Part shown: one piece after another, positions 1-13,260 of the stretch
Position numbering within the stretch: position 1 is the first letter of the stretch
How the letters are laid out: every line of letters begins with the position of its first letter
Source of the DNA: Octopus sinensis
Taxonomy: Eukaryota
Direction of reading: 5' to 3'
DNA length: 64,000 nt
Assembly: GCF_006345805.1 (NCBI RefSeq)
Contig: NC_043005.1
Span: 3,038,001-3,102,000, forward strand
Program-made: the position numbers and the translations under genes
Notes under the pieces: model-generated
Told to the model about the DNA's origin: nothing
Databases searched by the model: none
The model's input: only the letters and a program-made list of their open reading frames with translations

Positions 1-843
1 GGACTAATAATTCTATAACACTAAGGAAATAGACTTAAATCAATATACACCAGTATCTTACTGGTACCTCTTATGGTAAAACTTGGATAAACGAAAACCC
101 TTTCCCGTGTATAATTCGAAACAAACAAGAAAACAAATATGCAACCAGAAGGATTGAGCTGCTAGAAATAGCAGCCGATTTTCCCTCGAATTACAATCTG
201 CCATTAAAAAAAAGGTGATGGGAGGGCACGTTGGATGCTGCAATCCTGGTTACGTTATATGAGAAAAAAGATGAAATGGTCACAGCTGGAACGTCTTTCA
301 ACACAGATCTACAAATGAGAGGGGTGATCAACACTTCAACTGCTACTACTGCCAGACACAGATGCAGAGAGAGAGACTGAGGCAAACGATAAGAAAAATA
401 AATGAGAGAGAGATGGGGATGAAGAAGGACGGATAGATGTGAACATCAACATGGACACAGAGATGACCATAACATACATGCATGCATCTACAAAGATAAA
501 CAAACATGCACACATACATACATCCTGCATACGTGTATATATAACATATATACACACACATGTAAGAGATGTGGTTGTTGATAGGATATGTAGAGAGAGT
601 CCGACAAAGACGAAAAGATATACAGCAAGGATATATAGAACGAGAGATATGGTAAGATACATAGGATGTTAGGAGACAAATAATTATAGGCTGGCGAGAT
701 ACATTCATAATAATTAGGCAAGACAGACAGATAGACATACCCGAAATTCCATCCATAAACAAAATAAATTTTTTAAAAAGCTACCACCTAATATTTTCCT
801 TCAGACTTAAATATTATTGCAGACGGACTTTTGTGCATGTATG

Positions 844-881
<38 letters not shown>

Positions 882-1029
882 CATATTAGAGGGAAACCAC
901 AATGTGGACACCCTTCTGCTAGAAATAGACCCGCCATGGTCTTACCACTAAGAAATGTTCTCAAGAAAAATTTAGCAAAACAACCAAAACGTATTGAGCA
1001 AAACAAAAGAAAAAGCAATAAAAATATGG

Positions 1030-1088
<59 letters not shown>

Positions 1089-1820
1089 ATTATATATATA
1101 GCAAGTGAAGTGCGTGTGTGTATATGAGGTCGCGCGCTCAATGTGGCCGAGGTTGTTTAATTGAGGTAAAGCCAAACCAAATAAACATCGGAATGCTGTC
1201 AGATTACTGACTACAGGTGAACTACTTACCAATGCCTATGGTACTGCTGTTGTTGTTCCTCTATGTTATGCTTGTTGTAGTTGTTGTTGTTGCCAGTATT
1301 AACCACTTGTTCCGACAATGCTAACAACGTTTGGTGAAGAACGGATACCAAACGGAACCGGAAATACCACAATGTTTTCGCTCTCTAGTCACGAAAAAAC
1401 AACTTTTTTATTACTGGGAAGCGCCATGTTGAAATGTTGAGTGTTTTCTCAAGGAGCAAAAAAAATAAATAACGGGCAAATACCATTCGGTCGATATATA
1501 TATTTATGTGTGTGCATAGCCATAATTATGTCTCCATATTTCTTTATGCGTGTAAATATATATTTACACATTTTTATCTATATATAGCCATAATTCTCTC
1601 TCCAAATAGATAGATAGGCTTATAGACAGACAGACAGACAGATAGATAGATAGATAGACAGACAGATAGATAAACAGACAGATAGATAGACTGATAGATA
1701 GATAGACAGACAGATAGATAGATAGAAAGATAAAGAGAGAGAGAGAGAATGAGAGACAGACAGACTGATAGATATGTGTGTAAATAAACATGAATTCCCC
1801 TTATAATAATGTTTATTATT

Positions 1821-2168
1821 ATGAGGATCAGCTGAAATGTTCATAGGCTGAGAAAGACAATCTCATGGAATGTGACCAAAGTTCATTTTTTAACGTCTTT
1901 CCTCTTACTGGAGAAACGATGTTAAACACACTTCCATTAGTAGTTGCAGTGCTTGGATTGCACTGGTGAAGAAGCTATTCTGTTGGTCAAAATGGTCATC
2001 AACAGCGGATAAGACGTCATCATCACAGTGATGCTGGTGCCCAGCTGAGTGTTTTTCTTTGTTGGGAAATAAATGATAACCAGATGGAACCAAATCACTG
2101 ACATAAGCAGGCGAGATCAACCAGTTCAAAGCGAATCATGCACAGCAGCCATTGAAACCAAGGACTTG
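1821..2168 (-). mobile_element. Mariner-type transposon 3' remnant
   Basis: Minus ORF SPAYVSDLVPSGYHLFPNKEKH...DDDVLSAVDDHFDQQ is a decayed YSPDLAPSDYHLF mariner C-terminus; similar copy at 27383-27725. Confidence 0.8.
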
Positions 2169-2169
2169 C

Positions 2170-2760
2170 GTGCTGAAGCATTGTCTGAATGAAATCCCAT
2201 TCTTCCTCCCAAAATGCAAGGTGACGCACTTTGTCCACAGCTAGCTTGGGTTGCCAGTCAGAGATCCAGTGCTGCATTGTATCCAGGTCTGATTGCAGGA
2301 AAGATCTATAGCACATAGGATCTGTTCTTTTTATTTCGAGGTACAGCTTGATGTCATCTGCATATTTCAGCACTGTAACATTTCCCAAATTGGCATCCAT
2401 ATCATTAATATATGCAACAAACAGTAGGGGTCCTAGAACGGATCTCTGTGGTACACCAGAAGTAATCCTGGAGGGTGAAGAATGATGTTCTAGAACTGTA
2501 ACTGCCTCTTTCCAACCGAGAATGAAAGACTTCAGCCAATTATAGAGATCATCCTTCACACCCATTGCAGAGAGTTTTACCATGAGTCGTTTGTGTGTCA
2601 CAGAGTTGAGGGCTTTAGCAAAATCATGGTAGACAGCATCCACCCATGAGCCACCATCAGTAACTCGGTGATGACCTCAAGAAACTTGATAAGTTGACTA
2701 CAGCAGTTGGAGTTGGGGATAAAACCAAATTATGAGAGTTGAATAAGATTGTGAGAGCCC
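2170..2760 (-). mobile_element. CR1-like LINE reverse transcriptase fragment
   Basis: DFAKALNSVTHKRL, SGVPQRSVLGPLLF and YADD motifs in ORF 2095-2643. Confidence 0.88.
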
Positions 2761-2799
2761 CAAAAGTTCCAGAGTGTTTCTCTGACACAGGACTCCATC

Positions 2800-4259
2800 C
2801 CTGGTTAACTGTATGATGCATGTGTATCAGAACTAGAAAAGTTTCAAGTGTGGAACAAGGATTAGAATCAGAAGGCCTTAGAGTCAACCTAGCTAAAACC
2901 AAAGTCCTAACATGTAGGAAGACAGGCAAACCACAAATCCCTTCAGATTGATGGCCTTGCTCAATCTGTAGTAGAGGTGTAGGTAGAAACTCTATAAGAT
3001 GTACCTAGTGTAAGCTATGGACACATAGGTGCAGCAATATCAAAGGAAGGCTAACTGGGAAGATAGTTTTTGTATGTGGCAGATGCTCAGGAGCAATAAA
3101 CACTGAAAATGTGCAGAGAACAACTTCCGCCACATTCCAGGAAGAAAAACTAGAAGTTGTTGATAGCTTCTGTTACCTAGGTGACCAAATCTGTAGTGGG
3201 GGAGGGTGCCCTGAAAGTGTAGCTGCTAGAATGAAAATAGCCTGGGCTAAGTTCAGAGAGCCCCTACCTCTGCTGGTGACAAAGGGCCTCTCACTCAGAG
3301 TAAAAGGTAGACTGTATGATGCATGTGTATGAACAGCCATGCTACATGGCAGTGAAACATGGGCTGTGACTGCTGAGGACATGCATAAGCTCGCAAGGAA
3401 TGAAGCCAGTATGATTCGATGGATGTGTAATGTCAATGTACATACTCAACAGAGTGTAAGTGCATTGAGAAAAAAGTTGGACATATGAAGCATCAGATGT
3501 GGTGTGCAAGAGAGACGACTGCGCTGGTATGGCTATGTGGCGAGAATGGATGTGGATAGCTGTGTGAAAAAGTGCCACACCCAAGCAGTTGAGGGAACTT
3601 GTGGAAGAGGTAGACCTAGGAAGACCTGGGATGAAGTGTTGAAGCATGACCTTTGAACATTGGGCCTCACCGAGGCAATGACTAGTGACCAAAGCCAAGT
3701 GAGACCATAACCTTGTGGCCTATGCCAGGGGTGTAACCAGCCCACTTATGCGTACCTTTTCCTTCTATGGACACTAAACTCTGCTTGTGAAGACCTTTTG
3801 AGGAAATCGAAATCGATGACAGGCATCCGTGCTAGTAGAGCGCTAAGAGTACCATCCGAGCGTGATCGTTGCCAGAGCAACAAACTGACTTCCGGTGGCA
3901 CGTAAAAAGCATTATTCAAGCGTGATTGTTACCTGCGTCACCTTACTGGCACTTGTGCTGGAGGCACATGAAAAATCATTCGAGCAAGGTCGTTGCCAGT
4001 GGCGCTGGACTGGCTCCTGTGCAGGTGGCACATAAAAAGCACCATTTGAGTGTGGCCGTTGCCAGTACCACCTGACTGGCCATCATACCAGTGGCACGTA
4101 AAAGCACCCAGTACACTCTCACAGTGGTTGGCATTAGGAAGGGCATCCAGCTGTAGAAACTCTGCCAGATCAGATTGGATCCTGGTGCAACCATCTGGTT
4201 TGCCAGACCGTAGCCAAATTGTCCAACCCATGCTAGCATGGAAAGCGGATGTTAAACGA
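2800..4259 (+). mobile_element. RTE-clade LINE, 3' part with tandem-subrepeat 3' UTR
   Basis: EVVDSFCYLG, GLSLRVKGRLYDACV, LHGSETW, RLRWYG and GRGRPRKTWDEV motifs; tail ending CATGGAAAGCGGATGTTAAACGAT. Confidence 0.88.
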
Positions 4260-4557
4260 TTTGTTTTTATTTTTATTTTTGTTTTCGTTTTTTGTATTTA
4301 CATTTGTGTGGCTTCGTCCGTTTTTCTGTCCTTGTTGCGTTTACATTCGTTCCTTTTCCCAAGAGATCTAATGCTCACAGCTTAGTGTTTCCTTGGGGCT
4401 GGCCGCGTTGGAGCAAATATCAGAATTAATCAGCCGAAATTTGCTATGATGATCCGGTTTCTGACTGAAGATTAAAGGCTTCGAATGACCCGTCTGTTTT
4501 CTGTGTTCGTCTCTTTGTGTATTTCACGTTCTTGTTTCTTTATATATAATTTTTATA

Positions 4558-4593
<36 letters not shown>

Positions 4594-4929
4594 GAAATGA
4601 GGTAATCAGAAGATCGGATGGTTCATATTTATAGATATTTATTTATATATTACATTTTTTACATATATATATATGTTAGTTAGTTAGTTATCAGATCATA
4701 TCATTCAGATTATTAGCGCTTTCTCCCATTCTAGTGGGGTTTTCAAATCAAATTGATTTGAAAACCCCACTAGAATGGGAGAAAGCGCTAATAATCTGAA
4801 TGATATGATATATATATATGTAAAAAATGTAATATATAAATAAATATCTATAAACATGAACCATCCGATCTTCTGATTACCTCATTTCTTCTAATATATA
4901 ATACCTGCACATCATCTCCAAACCTTCCA

Positions 4930-5020
<91 letters not shown>

Positions 5021-5939
5021 ATATGTATATGTATACATACACACAGGCACACAGTGAAACAGATAGATTGATTAAAATATTGCACAGAAGTTAGCAATTT
5101 GAAAAATCCCATGCAGCAGGTGGAGGAGGATGGGGGTCGTTCCAGAGGCAGCAGCATCAGAGGTGTGTGTTTTGGCATTGGCTGCTGCTGCTTGTGCAAA
5201 CTGCTTATTTTGTCCCAGGTAAATTGCAGTTACTGCATGTGCATAGTCTCTTGCATTGAGAAAACTGGCATATTTTGAGGTGTCATGCATTTATAGATTT
5301 TAGTTTATGAAGAATGTGGATAGCTGGACAGTGAAGGGCTTTTCATTGCAGAGTTTAAGAGGTCATCAATTGTGCTAATTTTGAGGAGTGACCGTTACTG
5401 TTGGTCATACTGTTACTATTCATATATACTTTAAAGTAGTTGAAGATGCTTTAGTTTGGTAGTATATCCTTCTAGAGAATCCCCTTGGGAATTCTATGAC
5501 CAACTTCACCAGTTGACATTTTAGACTTTTCATTTATTTATCTTTGAGAAGGAACCTAACTTCAAGCAGCTTTCTTCAGATCAATTTTTAGACACTATTT
5601 TCTAGACCTGGCAAAGTATGTAGGAGGTGCACTTGCACTGCCTGCACCCCCCTGTTCCTGGGCAAGGATACTAAAGGAATCCTTCAACCCAGGGAACATC
5701 CTTAACTCCAGAACAGAGGTCTTCAGATCACGCTTGCACTTAAGGTGATTCCTACTGGTCTACTGGGACCCACACATTAACAGGGGTTATTTACAATTGA
5801 CAACCAAAGGGAGACAATCCCCTGTTGTTGACAGCAACAAAGACTTTTCCTCCTCCATTTTCTAGAAAAGCATTTGTTGACCAAGAGAAAGCCTTCGACA
5901 GAATCCCTGATTCTGTGATATGGTAGAAGTCGTCGTCAT

Positions 5940-6250
5940 CATCATCACCATCATTGCTTAATGTCCACCTTCCATGCATGCATGGGTAGGACAGTTGACA
6001 GGAGCTGGCCAGTAAAAGACTACCCTAGGCTTTGGTCTCTGTTTTGACAGGGATTTTATGGTTGAATGCCCTTCCTATCACCAACCACTCAGCAGAATGG
6101 ACTTAATGCTTTTTACGTGGCACTAGCACGGGTGAGGTTAGTTTTGGCCTGATTTTGACAGCTGGATGCCCTTCCAAATGCCAACCACTATACAGTGTGG
6201 ACTGGATGCTCTTAAAGTTGGCAGCAGCATTAGCAGGGTCACCAAGTAAC
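5940..6250 (-). mobile_element. RTE LINE 3' tail fragment
   Basis: Reverse complement of the 4130-4259 tail (GGATGCCCTTCC, ACCAACCACT, CTTAATGTCC..TTCCATGC) next to a (CAT)n tail. Confidence 0.65.
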
Positions 6251-6624
6251 TTACAAGACAAGGAATTATGAGAGGGGCACGGACATTTGAGGAGGGGAAC
6301 TTGTGTCAGAGGAGGAAAGGTTAGAGCGTGACAAACAGACAGACAGAAGCAGGTGTCTTTCCACAACAGAGGGAGCATTAAAGGAGATGTTCTAGTGTCA
6401 GATGATGAAAGGTTAGAATATAACAGGGAAACAGAGAGGCAGAAATAGGGGTCTTGCTATAGAGGAGGTACATAAATATACAGTGAGAGAGAGAGAGAGA
6501 GAAAAAAGAAGAGTGAGAGAGAGAGATATAGAGTGAGAGAGAGGTACAAGAAAGAGGCCAGAAACGAGTGTGCTGAATGTAAAGGAGATACTTAGTTGCC
6601 TAGTGAGTGGAAAGACAAGAGAAG

Positions 6625-6685
<61 letters not shown>

Positions 6686-7059
6686 TGTGTGTGACCAAAG
6701 GGAAATAGAGAGAGAGAGTAGGAAATAACAAAAGTGTAAGAGAGAGCAGAAGAGAGAGAGAGTGTAGTGCTAAGGTATACTCACAAGTAACAAGAATATG
6801 AGCGTAAAAGCTAGTTAAAAAAATAGGGAATGGGGGTAGTGGTGGGTAGAGGGGGACGGGTTGCAGTGAGCAGGGTAGTGAGGACCAAGAAAGGGGATTG
6901 GGAAACCGTTATAATGTATGTGGGGGAAAGGTAAAGAAGAGAAAGATGCAGTTAGAAGAGGAGGAGAAGGGTAGAGTGGGTGGGACATAACTCTTCTAGC
7001 TCTCAGTTTCATGGTAGTCTCTGGGGAAATTAAGGGTAGACAAACAGCTTGTGAAAATA

Positions 7060-8030
7060 ATAGAAACCATGTACAGGGGTGTTGTCAATAGAGTGAGAGT
7101 TAGCCCTACTGCCCAGGGGTGAGTTTTGAATACAAGTAGACATTCACCAGGGATCAGTTCCCTGGCCTCTCTTTTTCATCATTGTTCTCCCGGCCATATT
7201 AAAGGAATAAAGATGCCCTTGAAAAGTGTCATCTGCAGATTACCTCATTCTCAAAGTAGAATCGATAATAGAATCAGGAAAGGAATTTCAGACGTGAAAG
7301 CATAGCAGGAGTTAAAAGGCCTTAACTTAGCAAAGTTCTGGTAAGCAAGAAAACAGACAGGACTCACACCCAACCTCAGGTAAATAACCCTGGCTATTTA
7401 CCTGAAAGTAGGTAGGGTGAAGGCAGAAATTGCATACAGTGTATCCAGTGCAAACTATGGACACACATGAAGTACTGTGGAATCATGGAAAGGTTAAGAG
7501 AGAAGATAGTGTTTGTGGATGATGTGCTGGAGCAATGAGACACATGGGAAATAGATTTTCTCAAATGCCCTGAAGGCTCCCTAGAGGTAGTAGAAAGTTT
7601 TAATTAGCTAAGTAACCTAATTAGCAGTGGAGGTGGATGTTTTCAAAGTATTGTTTCCTGTGCAGGAATCTCAATGCTACATGGTAGTGAGATGTGGGCC
7701 ATGAATGCAGAGGACATAGAAAAACTAGAGGAGAATGAAGCTAGTATGCCCCACTGGATCTGCAATCTTAGAGCAACAATGTGTTGAGAGAAAAGTTAGG
7801 CACACATGGAATTAAATGTACAAGAGAGACGAATGCACTGGTTTGATGCATACAGACGAGGACAGGTGTATGTAGAAGTTCTTGTGACTTAAAGTGAATG
7901 GAACTTGTAGAAGAGGGAAACTCAGGTAGACATGGGATGAAGGTGGCTCTCGAAGCACTGAGTCTCATGTAGAAGATGACAAAGGCTCAGAATGATTGGT
8001 GATTTACTGTGCTCAAGAAGACTCAAGCAC
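7060..8030 (+). mobile_element. Degenerate RTE LINE (RT to C-terminus)
   Basis: Decayed HQGSVxxPLFFIIVL, LHGSEMWAM and GKLRxTWDE motifs, colinear with the 2800-3700 copy. Confidence 0.7.
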
Positions 8031-8689
8031 CATGGCTAAAATGAAGACAGAGATGCAATAACGGTCGATGGAATAGATTCCTGCAGAGTTAGGGGTTTTA
8101 GGTTGTGTAATTTTGATATCAGCACTTAAAGGTGACTCTTTAATATTAGCTTGAATAGCAACTAATCCCAGGAGCAATAGCAAAGTCCTTACATTCTTCA
8201 GTAGACACAAAACCTAATTCACTTTCATCTTTAACCGATTTTCATAGAATACTGAAAGGCGTCCCCAGTGATTGTCAAATCAGATATTTTTTATGCTTTC
8301 ATTGCTGATTCAGTCATAGTTTGTAATAAACAAATTTCCTTTATGTATTCATGCTTGATCCCTAGTATTGTCTGCACATTGATATATAGTGGAAAGGCAA
8401 GGAATTTGGGGGATTTGGTTGTTGTCCAAATGTTTGTGTTGGGTGGAATGAAGTAAATAATAGGCACCGTTTAGAACCCATTAGTTTGTAGTGGGTGTCA
8501 GTTTCATTGTTCATGTCATTCTTTATAATCAAAATGTCTGGGAGAGGGAATTGGTTTTGCCTATAATTTATTGTGAAGTGAATAATGTTATCAATGCTAT
8601 TAAGAAGGGATTTGAAATCGTTGAGTTGACTGAAATTTTATGTCCCCAGATAGAGGCAGTCACCTGAGTAGCATTTCCAATTTTCTACA

Positions 8690-8920
8690 AGATATTTTTG
8701 TAAGTTGATATATCTTCATATCACCAGACATCTTGGTCCTTTGCATTTCCTCCATGAGGCCCAACTTCATGAGATCGGTCCTTACCACTTCATCCCACAT
8801 CTTCCTGGGTCTCCCTCTTCCACGGGTACCATTCACTTTCAGTGATTGGCATTTCTTTACGCAGCTGTCCTCATTCATATGCACCACATGTCCAAACCAA
8901 TGTAGTCTTCTCTCTTAGAT
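8690..8920 (-). mobile_element. RTE LINE C-terminal fragment
   Basis: MNEDSCVKKCQSLKVNGTRGRGRPRKMWDEVV. Confidence 0.8.
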
Positions 8921-9195
8921 GCTGCATAATATCTATTAATATTAGATAGCATCTAATGTTTATGTGTGGTGGTATGAATTAATGAGATATTTGATAAATA
9001 TTACTATGTGATAAGGTATGATAATACATTGCAATAAAGTGATGTGGGATAATATGTGATAAAGATGTCATATGTGCTGGTATTGGATAGTGGCATGGGA
9101 AAATATTTGATAAAGGCATACCATATTATAATGTGACACTATGTGATATGTCTAATTGTGTGATATTATGGATTAATATGTAATATTACATTTAA

Positions 9196-9399
9196 GGTGG
9201 CCAGCTGGCAGAATCATTAGCATGCCAGGCAAAATGCTCAGCCGTGTTTCATTCATCCTTAGATTCTAAGTTCAAATAATGCTGAGGTCAACTTTGCCTT
9301 TCATCCTTTTTGGGGTCAATAAAATAAGTACCAGTTGAGCACTGGGGTTAACTTACCGCCCCTCACAAAATTGCTGGCCTTGTGCCAAAATTTGAAACC
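9196..9399 (+). mobile_element. tRNA-derived SINE with Nin/Deu-like central domain
   Basis: Head GGCCAGCTGGCAGAATCATTAGCA and core CTTTGCCTTTCATCCTTTTTGGGGTCAATAAAATAAGTACCAG; many similar copies in the window. Domain name is from recall. Confidence 0.75.
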
Positions 9400-9734
9400 A
9401 CCATGTTATATTGTATGATAATGTAACAATATTTGATAACACATGATGATAGGCTAATACTTGTGATAAAGTGATCATGTGATAATGTTTGATAACATAT
9501 TTAAAATGTGTGACATTCAGTGGTTTTTGTGTAAAAATGGAATATATAATTATACAAAGTGTTTGAGGTAAATTTCATGATTATATTATATATCTCCTTT
9601 TTTGAGGAACTGGTCGATTGTATTAGTGAACAGTCTGTGGTGTTGGAGAGCATAAAGATTCTCATTGTAGTTGAGAAGAAGCTATCTGACATGGAGGACT
9701 GGAAACCATCTGAATATAGGAAAAGGGTTAGCTG

Positions 9735-10365
9735 TATCGTGATGGCTTGCACTCAGTGTCAAAATGCCAACATCACGACTGCTGTTCAATGCTCTGCGAA
9801 CACTGTGAAGGCTGCAAGACATGACATGGACGTCATGGAAACCAAGTTTCACCAAACTGTGATGGTTTCTGGGTATGTTTCCAGGAAGGTTGACATCATG
9901 TCACCCCCACATCTTTGAATAAGGCTTAGACTTGTTTCAGATGACTATGTAAGGCTGCTGGAGACTGTAGTCAATCCCTGGCTGGAGATAGTTGCCCCTG
10001 GGAGCCCATATGTGTGGCAATAGGATTTGGCTCCTCCCCATGCTTCCAGAAATAGTCAGAAGTGGTTGTCAGAGAAATTCTACAACTTCACAAGTTCCAA
10101 TTTTTGGCTTCTTAATTCCTCCAAATTTAATCTATGGGATTAAAATTGGAGGAATTAAGAAGCCAAAAATTAGATGTGTGAGGCACAGTTGAGAAAGACA
10201 CCAGCCACTCTCCATGCAAGACCAAGGCTGGACAGGTGGCCAAGATCAAAGAAGTGTTTCAAGATCCTCCCAAGGCCACAGTGAGTAACATGTGCACCAA
10301 ATTCCAGAGCCGTCTTGAGGCTGGGGTGGAAACTGAGGGTGGCTCCTTTGAGTAAACTGTTATCT
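9735..10365 (+). mobile_element. Tc1/mariner superfamily (maT/DD37D-like) transposase remnant
   Basis: ETKFHQTVMVSGYVS..., VNPWLEIVAPGSPYVWQxDLAPPH..SQKWLSEKF, and a C-terminal RLEAGVETEGGSFE* segment. Confidence 0.75.
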
Positions 10366-10949
10366 CCCAGCCATAATCTAGTTTATATATTTTGACTTTT
10401 TAAAGAAATAATTTTAAGTTTGGATGTTGGTGGGGTGGGGGTGGGGGAGTTGTGCTTTGTTTACCTTTTATGGAAATTGTCAAATTTAGCCCAAAAGCCC
10501 TGTATGTGGAAGTATGTGATAATTTTATAATGTTGGATAAAATGTGATAATGTTTAAAAATGTGATAATATGAAGAATATAAAGTCTGTGAAGCTGAGTT
10601 GAAATTGGTCTAAAGTAGTGAGAAAATCTTGGACTGATCGGCTGGCCACACCATTGCCTGTCTTCGTTTCTCTTGGTCAGCGTCAACAACGATGGACACA
10701 AGGGAAAGAAAATAGATTTATATGTCCTTGTTTCTATTTATATGTGTATGAGATTATAGGACATGTGTGTGTGTGAAACTATTGTGTGCATGGATATTGT
10801 GTGTTTATTTGTGTGCACGTGTGTGCATGTGTGTGTGTTTGTGTGTGTGCATGCATGTATGTGTGTATGCTGTTTGCCCTTGTTAATGTGTGTGTGATGT
10901 TAGTAATGCATTAGACAGTGTAGCGTAGGAGGTGTAGGGTAGAAGTGAA

Positions 10950-12330
10950 GGGGACAGTCAGTGGAAATATAAGAGGTATGTGGTGGTGTGTGTGTGTGTG
11001 TGAAGGAGGATTTTAAATGAAAAGAGGTGGAGAATTTAGACCATGAAGGACTGAAGTATGGAGAGAGCAAATTACTTTCTGCTCTAGACAGAGACAGGAA
11101 CATGCAAGGCGATTCCATACAAACCGATGTTGCAGAGAATGATCAGTTGAGTGGAAATTGCATGAGACCAGGATATAATTACTGAGTCTGAGGTCCTGAA
11201 GGTGTTTGGCAAAATGGTCGACCAGGTGTTGACCAGTTTGTCCAATGTATGGAGAGTGAGAAAGAGAACAGTGAGTGCCATAAATCAGATTACTAGAGGT
11301 GCATGTGAAGGAGTTGGTCACAAAGAAGGATCTGTTGTAGGTACTGGTGAAGAAGGTGGTGTTAGAGAGGAAGGGACAGGTGTGGCAGTGTGGATGAGAG
11401 CAAGGGAAAGAGCCAGGCTGAGTGTCAGGAGTGGAGGATGAGCTATGAACCAGTTGGTCATGTATGTTGCAGGTGCATTTGAAGGAAGGGAGAGGCAGGT
11501 TGGGGAAGATGTGGGAAGTGGAGAGATCAGATAGGAGTCAGCTGAAGGTGTATAAAATAGTGCATTGGAAGGGAAGGGTGGAGGGATGGTAGGTAAGTGA
11601 TAGGGGGGACAGGTAAGGGCGGGACAGCATGGGTGGGGCTGATGAGCAGTCAACAACCAAGTGCATGCAAGGGCAGCTTGAATAACAGTGATGGCGGCGG
11701 TGGTGGTGGTGGTGGTGTGGTGCTGGTGCTGGTGGTAGTGGTGGTGGTGGTGGTGATTTTCTCCTAATTAGGTTAAGTGGTGAAGCCATGAGTCTGGACT
11801 GCATCTTGAAGCCATGGTCGTCGCTATGGAGCCGATGGAGACAAAGGAACTGAGAAATGGAGATGGACTGTTTGGTGTGAAGAGGGAGAGAGGAGAAGAA
11901 GTTGAGGTAAGAGTGACAGTCTGTTGGCCTGTAATGGACGGTACTGGCAAGAGAAGTGTGGTTGAGGGCAATGGAAATGACGGGGAAGTTAATGGAGATG
12001 CTGGACACAGGAGAGGAGAATTCAAGGGCAATGTAGAAGGACTAAGTGGAAGAGAGGAAAGAGTTGAATCATTTCTGGGAGAGTGGGGATCACACCAATA
12101 GTCTTCATTGTACCAACTGTATGACTCAGGGGTGGGATCAGTCAACTGTGAGAACATCCAGGCCTCAACGTAGCCAATGAACTGGTTCATGTGGTTGGGA
12201 CCTATTTTTGTTCCCATAACAACTCCCAAGAGCTGTTGGTAAGATTCATCTGTAAATGAAAAGCATTTCAAAGTGAGAACCAGTTCGGCCAAACAGAGGA
12301 CAGTAGGGATGCTGGGCAAGGAAGCAGGAC
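10950..12330 (-). mobile_element. Penelope-like retroelement remnant (RT plus GIY-YIG endonuclease)
   Basis: LVLTLKCFSFTDESYQQLLGVVMGTKIGP, HYRPTDCHSYLNFFSSLPLHTKQSISISQF, and GIY-YIG-like FTCTSSNLIY...YIGQTG. Confidence 0.82.
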
Positions 12331-12654
12331 ATATCTTTATCTTTTATTTTTTATATGGGCGCAAGAGTGGGTGTGCACATGTGTGTGTGTGTGTGTGTGC
12401 GTAAAACAAAAGTAACTGTTTGAATCAGCTCCAAATGGAGCTGATTATATAACGCCTGATTATATAACTCCAGCCAAATGTATGTATATATATGTAACGG
12501 TGTATTTTGAGCCGATAAAGTTTTTAGTTGAAGTCGACAGTCACCAATTGTAACAGCGTATTTTGAATTTTGGTGTGGTCACCTATATTATTGATGATGA
12601 AATGTTGGAGTCACCAATTGTAATGGCAGAATTTGTATTTTTTATTTTTTATTT

Positions 12655-13260
12655 TATTTAGTTTCAGCTCACAAGCGGTGGCCATGCTGGGGCACCGTCA
12701 TTTGGTGTTGCTACATGATTTTACTTCACGAATGCTTTTTAGCAAATGCCTTCTAGTGCTTGAGAGAGTTTGATGCAGCTGCCCTCATCTGCACCTCCTG
12801 CCGTGAAGTTGGTTCATCTGGGACACCTGACAGGAAGAGATCCAGTTTTATTTTAAAGACATCTGCATCCACTCCATGCAGGTCTCTCAGGTTCTTCGGG
12901 AGGATATTGAAGAGTTGTGGGCCTCGGAAGCCCAGGCTATCACAGTATCTTGTCCTACATCTTGATGGCAAATTTGGAGTCCTAGGCACTATGCAGTGGC
13001 GCCCAGTTCTAGCATTTGTGTAACTCTCGATGCCAAAGTTTGGAACAAGTCCTTCTAGAATCTTCCAGATGTATATTATGGCATATCTTTCTCGCCTACG
13101 CTCTAAGGAATAGAGTCTCAATCTCTTGAGTCTTTCCCAATAGCTTATATGCTGCACAGAGGCCATCTTCTTCGTGTAGCTTAGTTGGATCGCCTCAAGT
13201 TCTGTGATTAACTTGACACTGGATGGTGACCATAGCTGAGAGCAATAGTCAAAGTGGCTT
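12655..13260 (-). mobile_element. CR1-like LINE 3' end
   Basis: YWERLKRLRLYSLERRRERY..., GPQLFNILPK..., KLDLFLSGVPDEP; tail hairpin at 12661-12697. Confidence 0.88.

Noticed and set aside
4463-4500. CTGAAGA...CGAATGACCCGTC hammerhead-like string
   Set aside because: GAAA is replaced by GAAT and no stem I can be formed.
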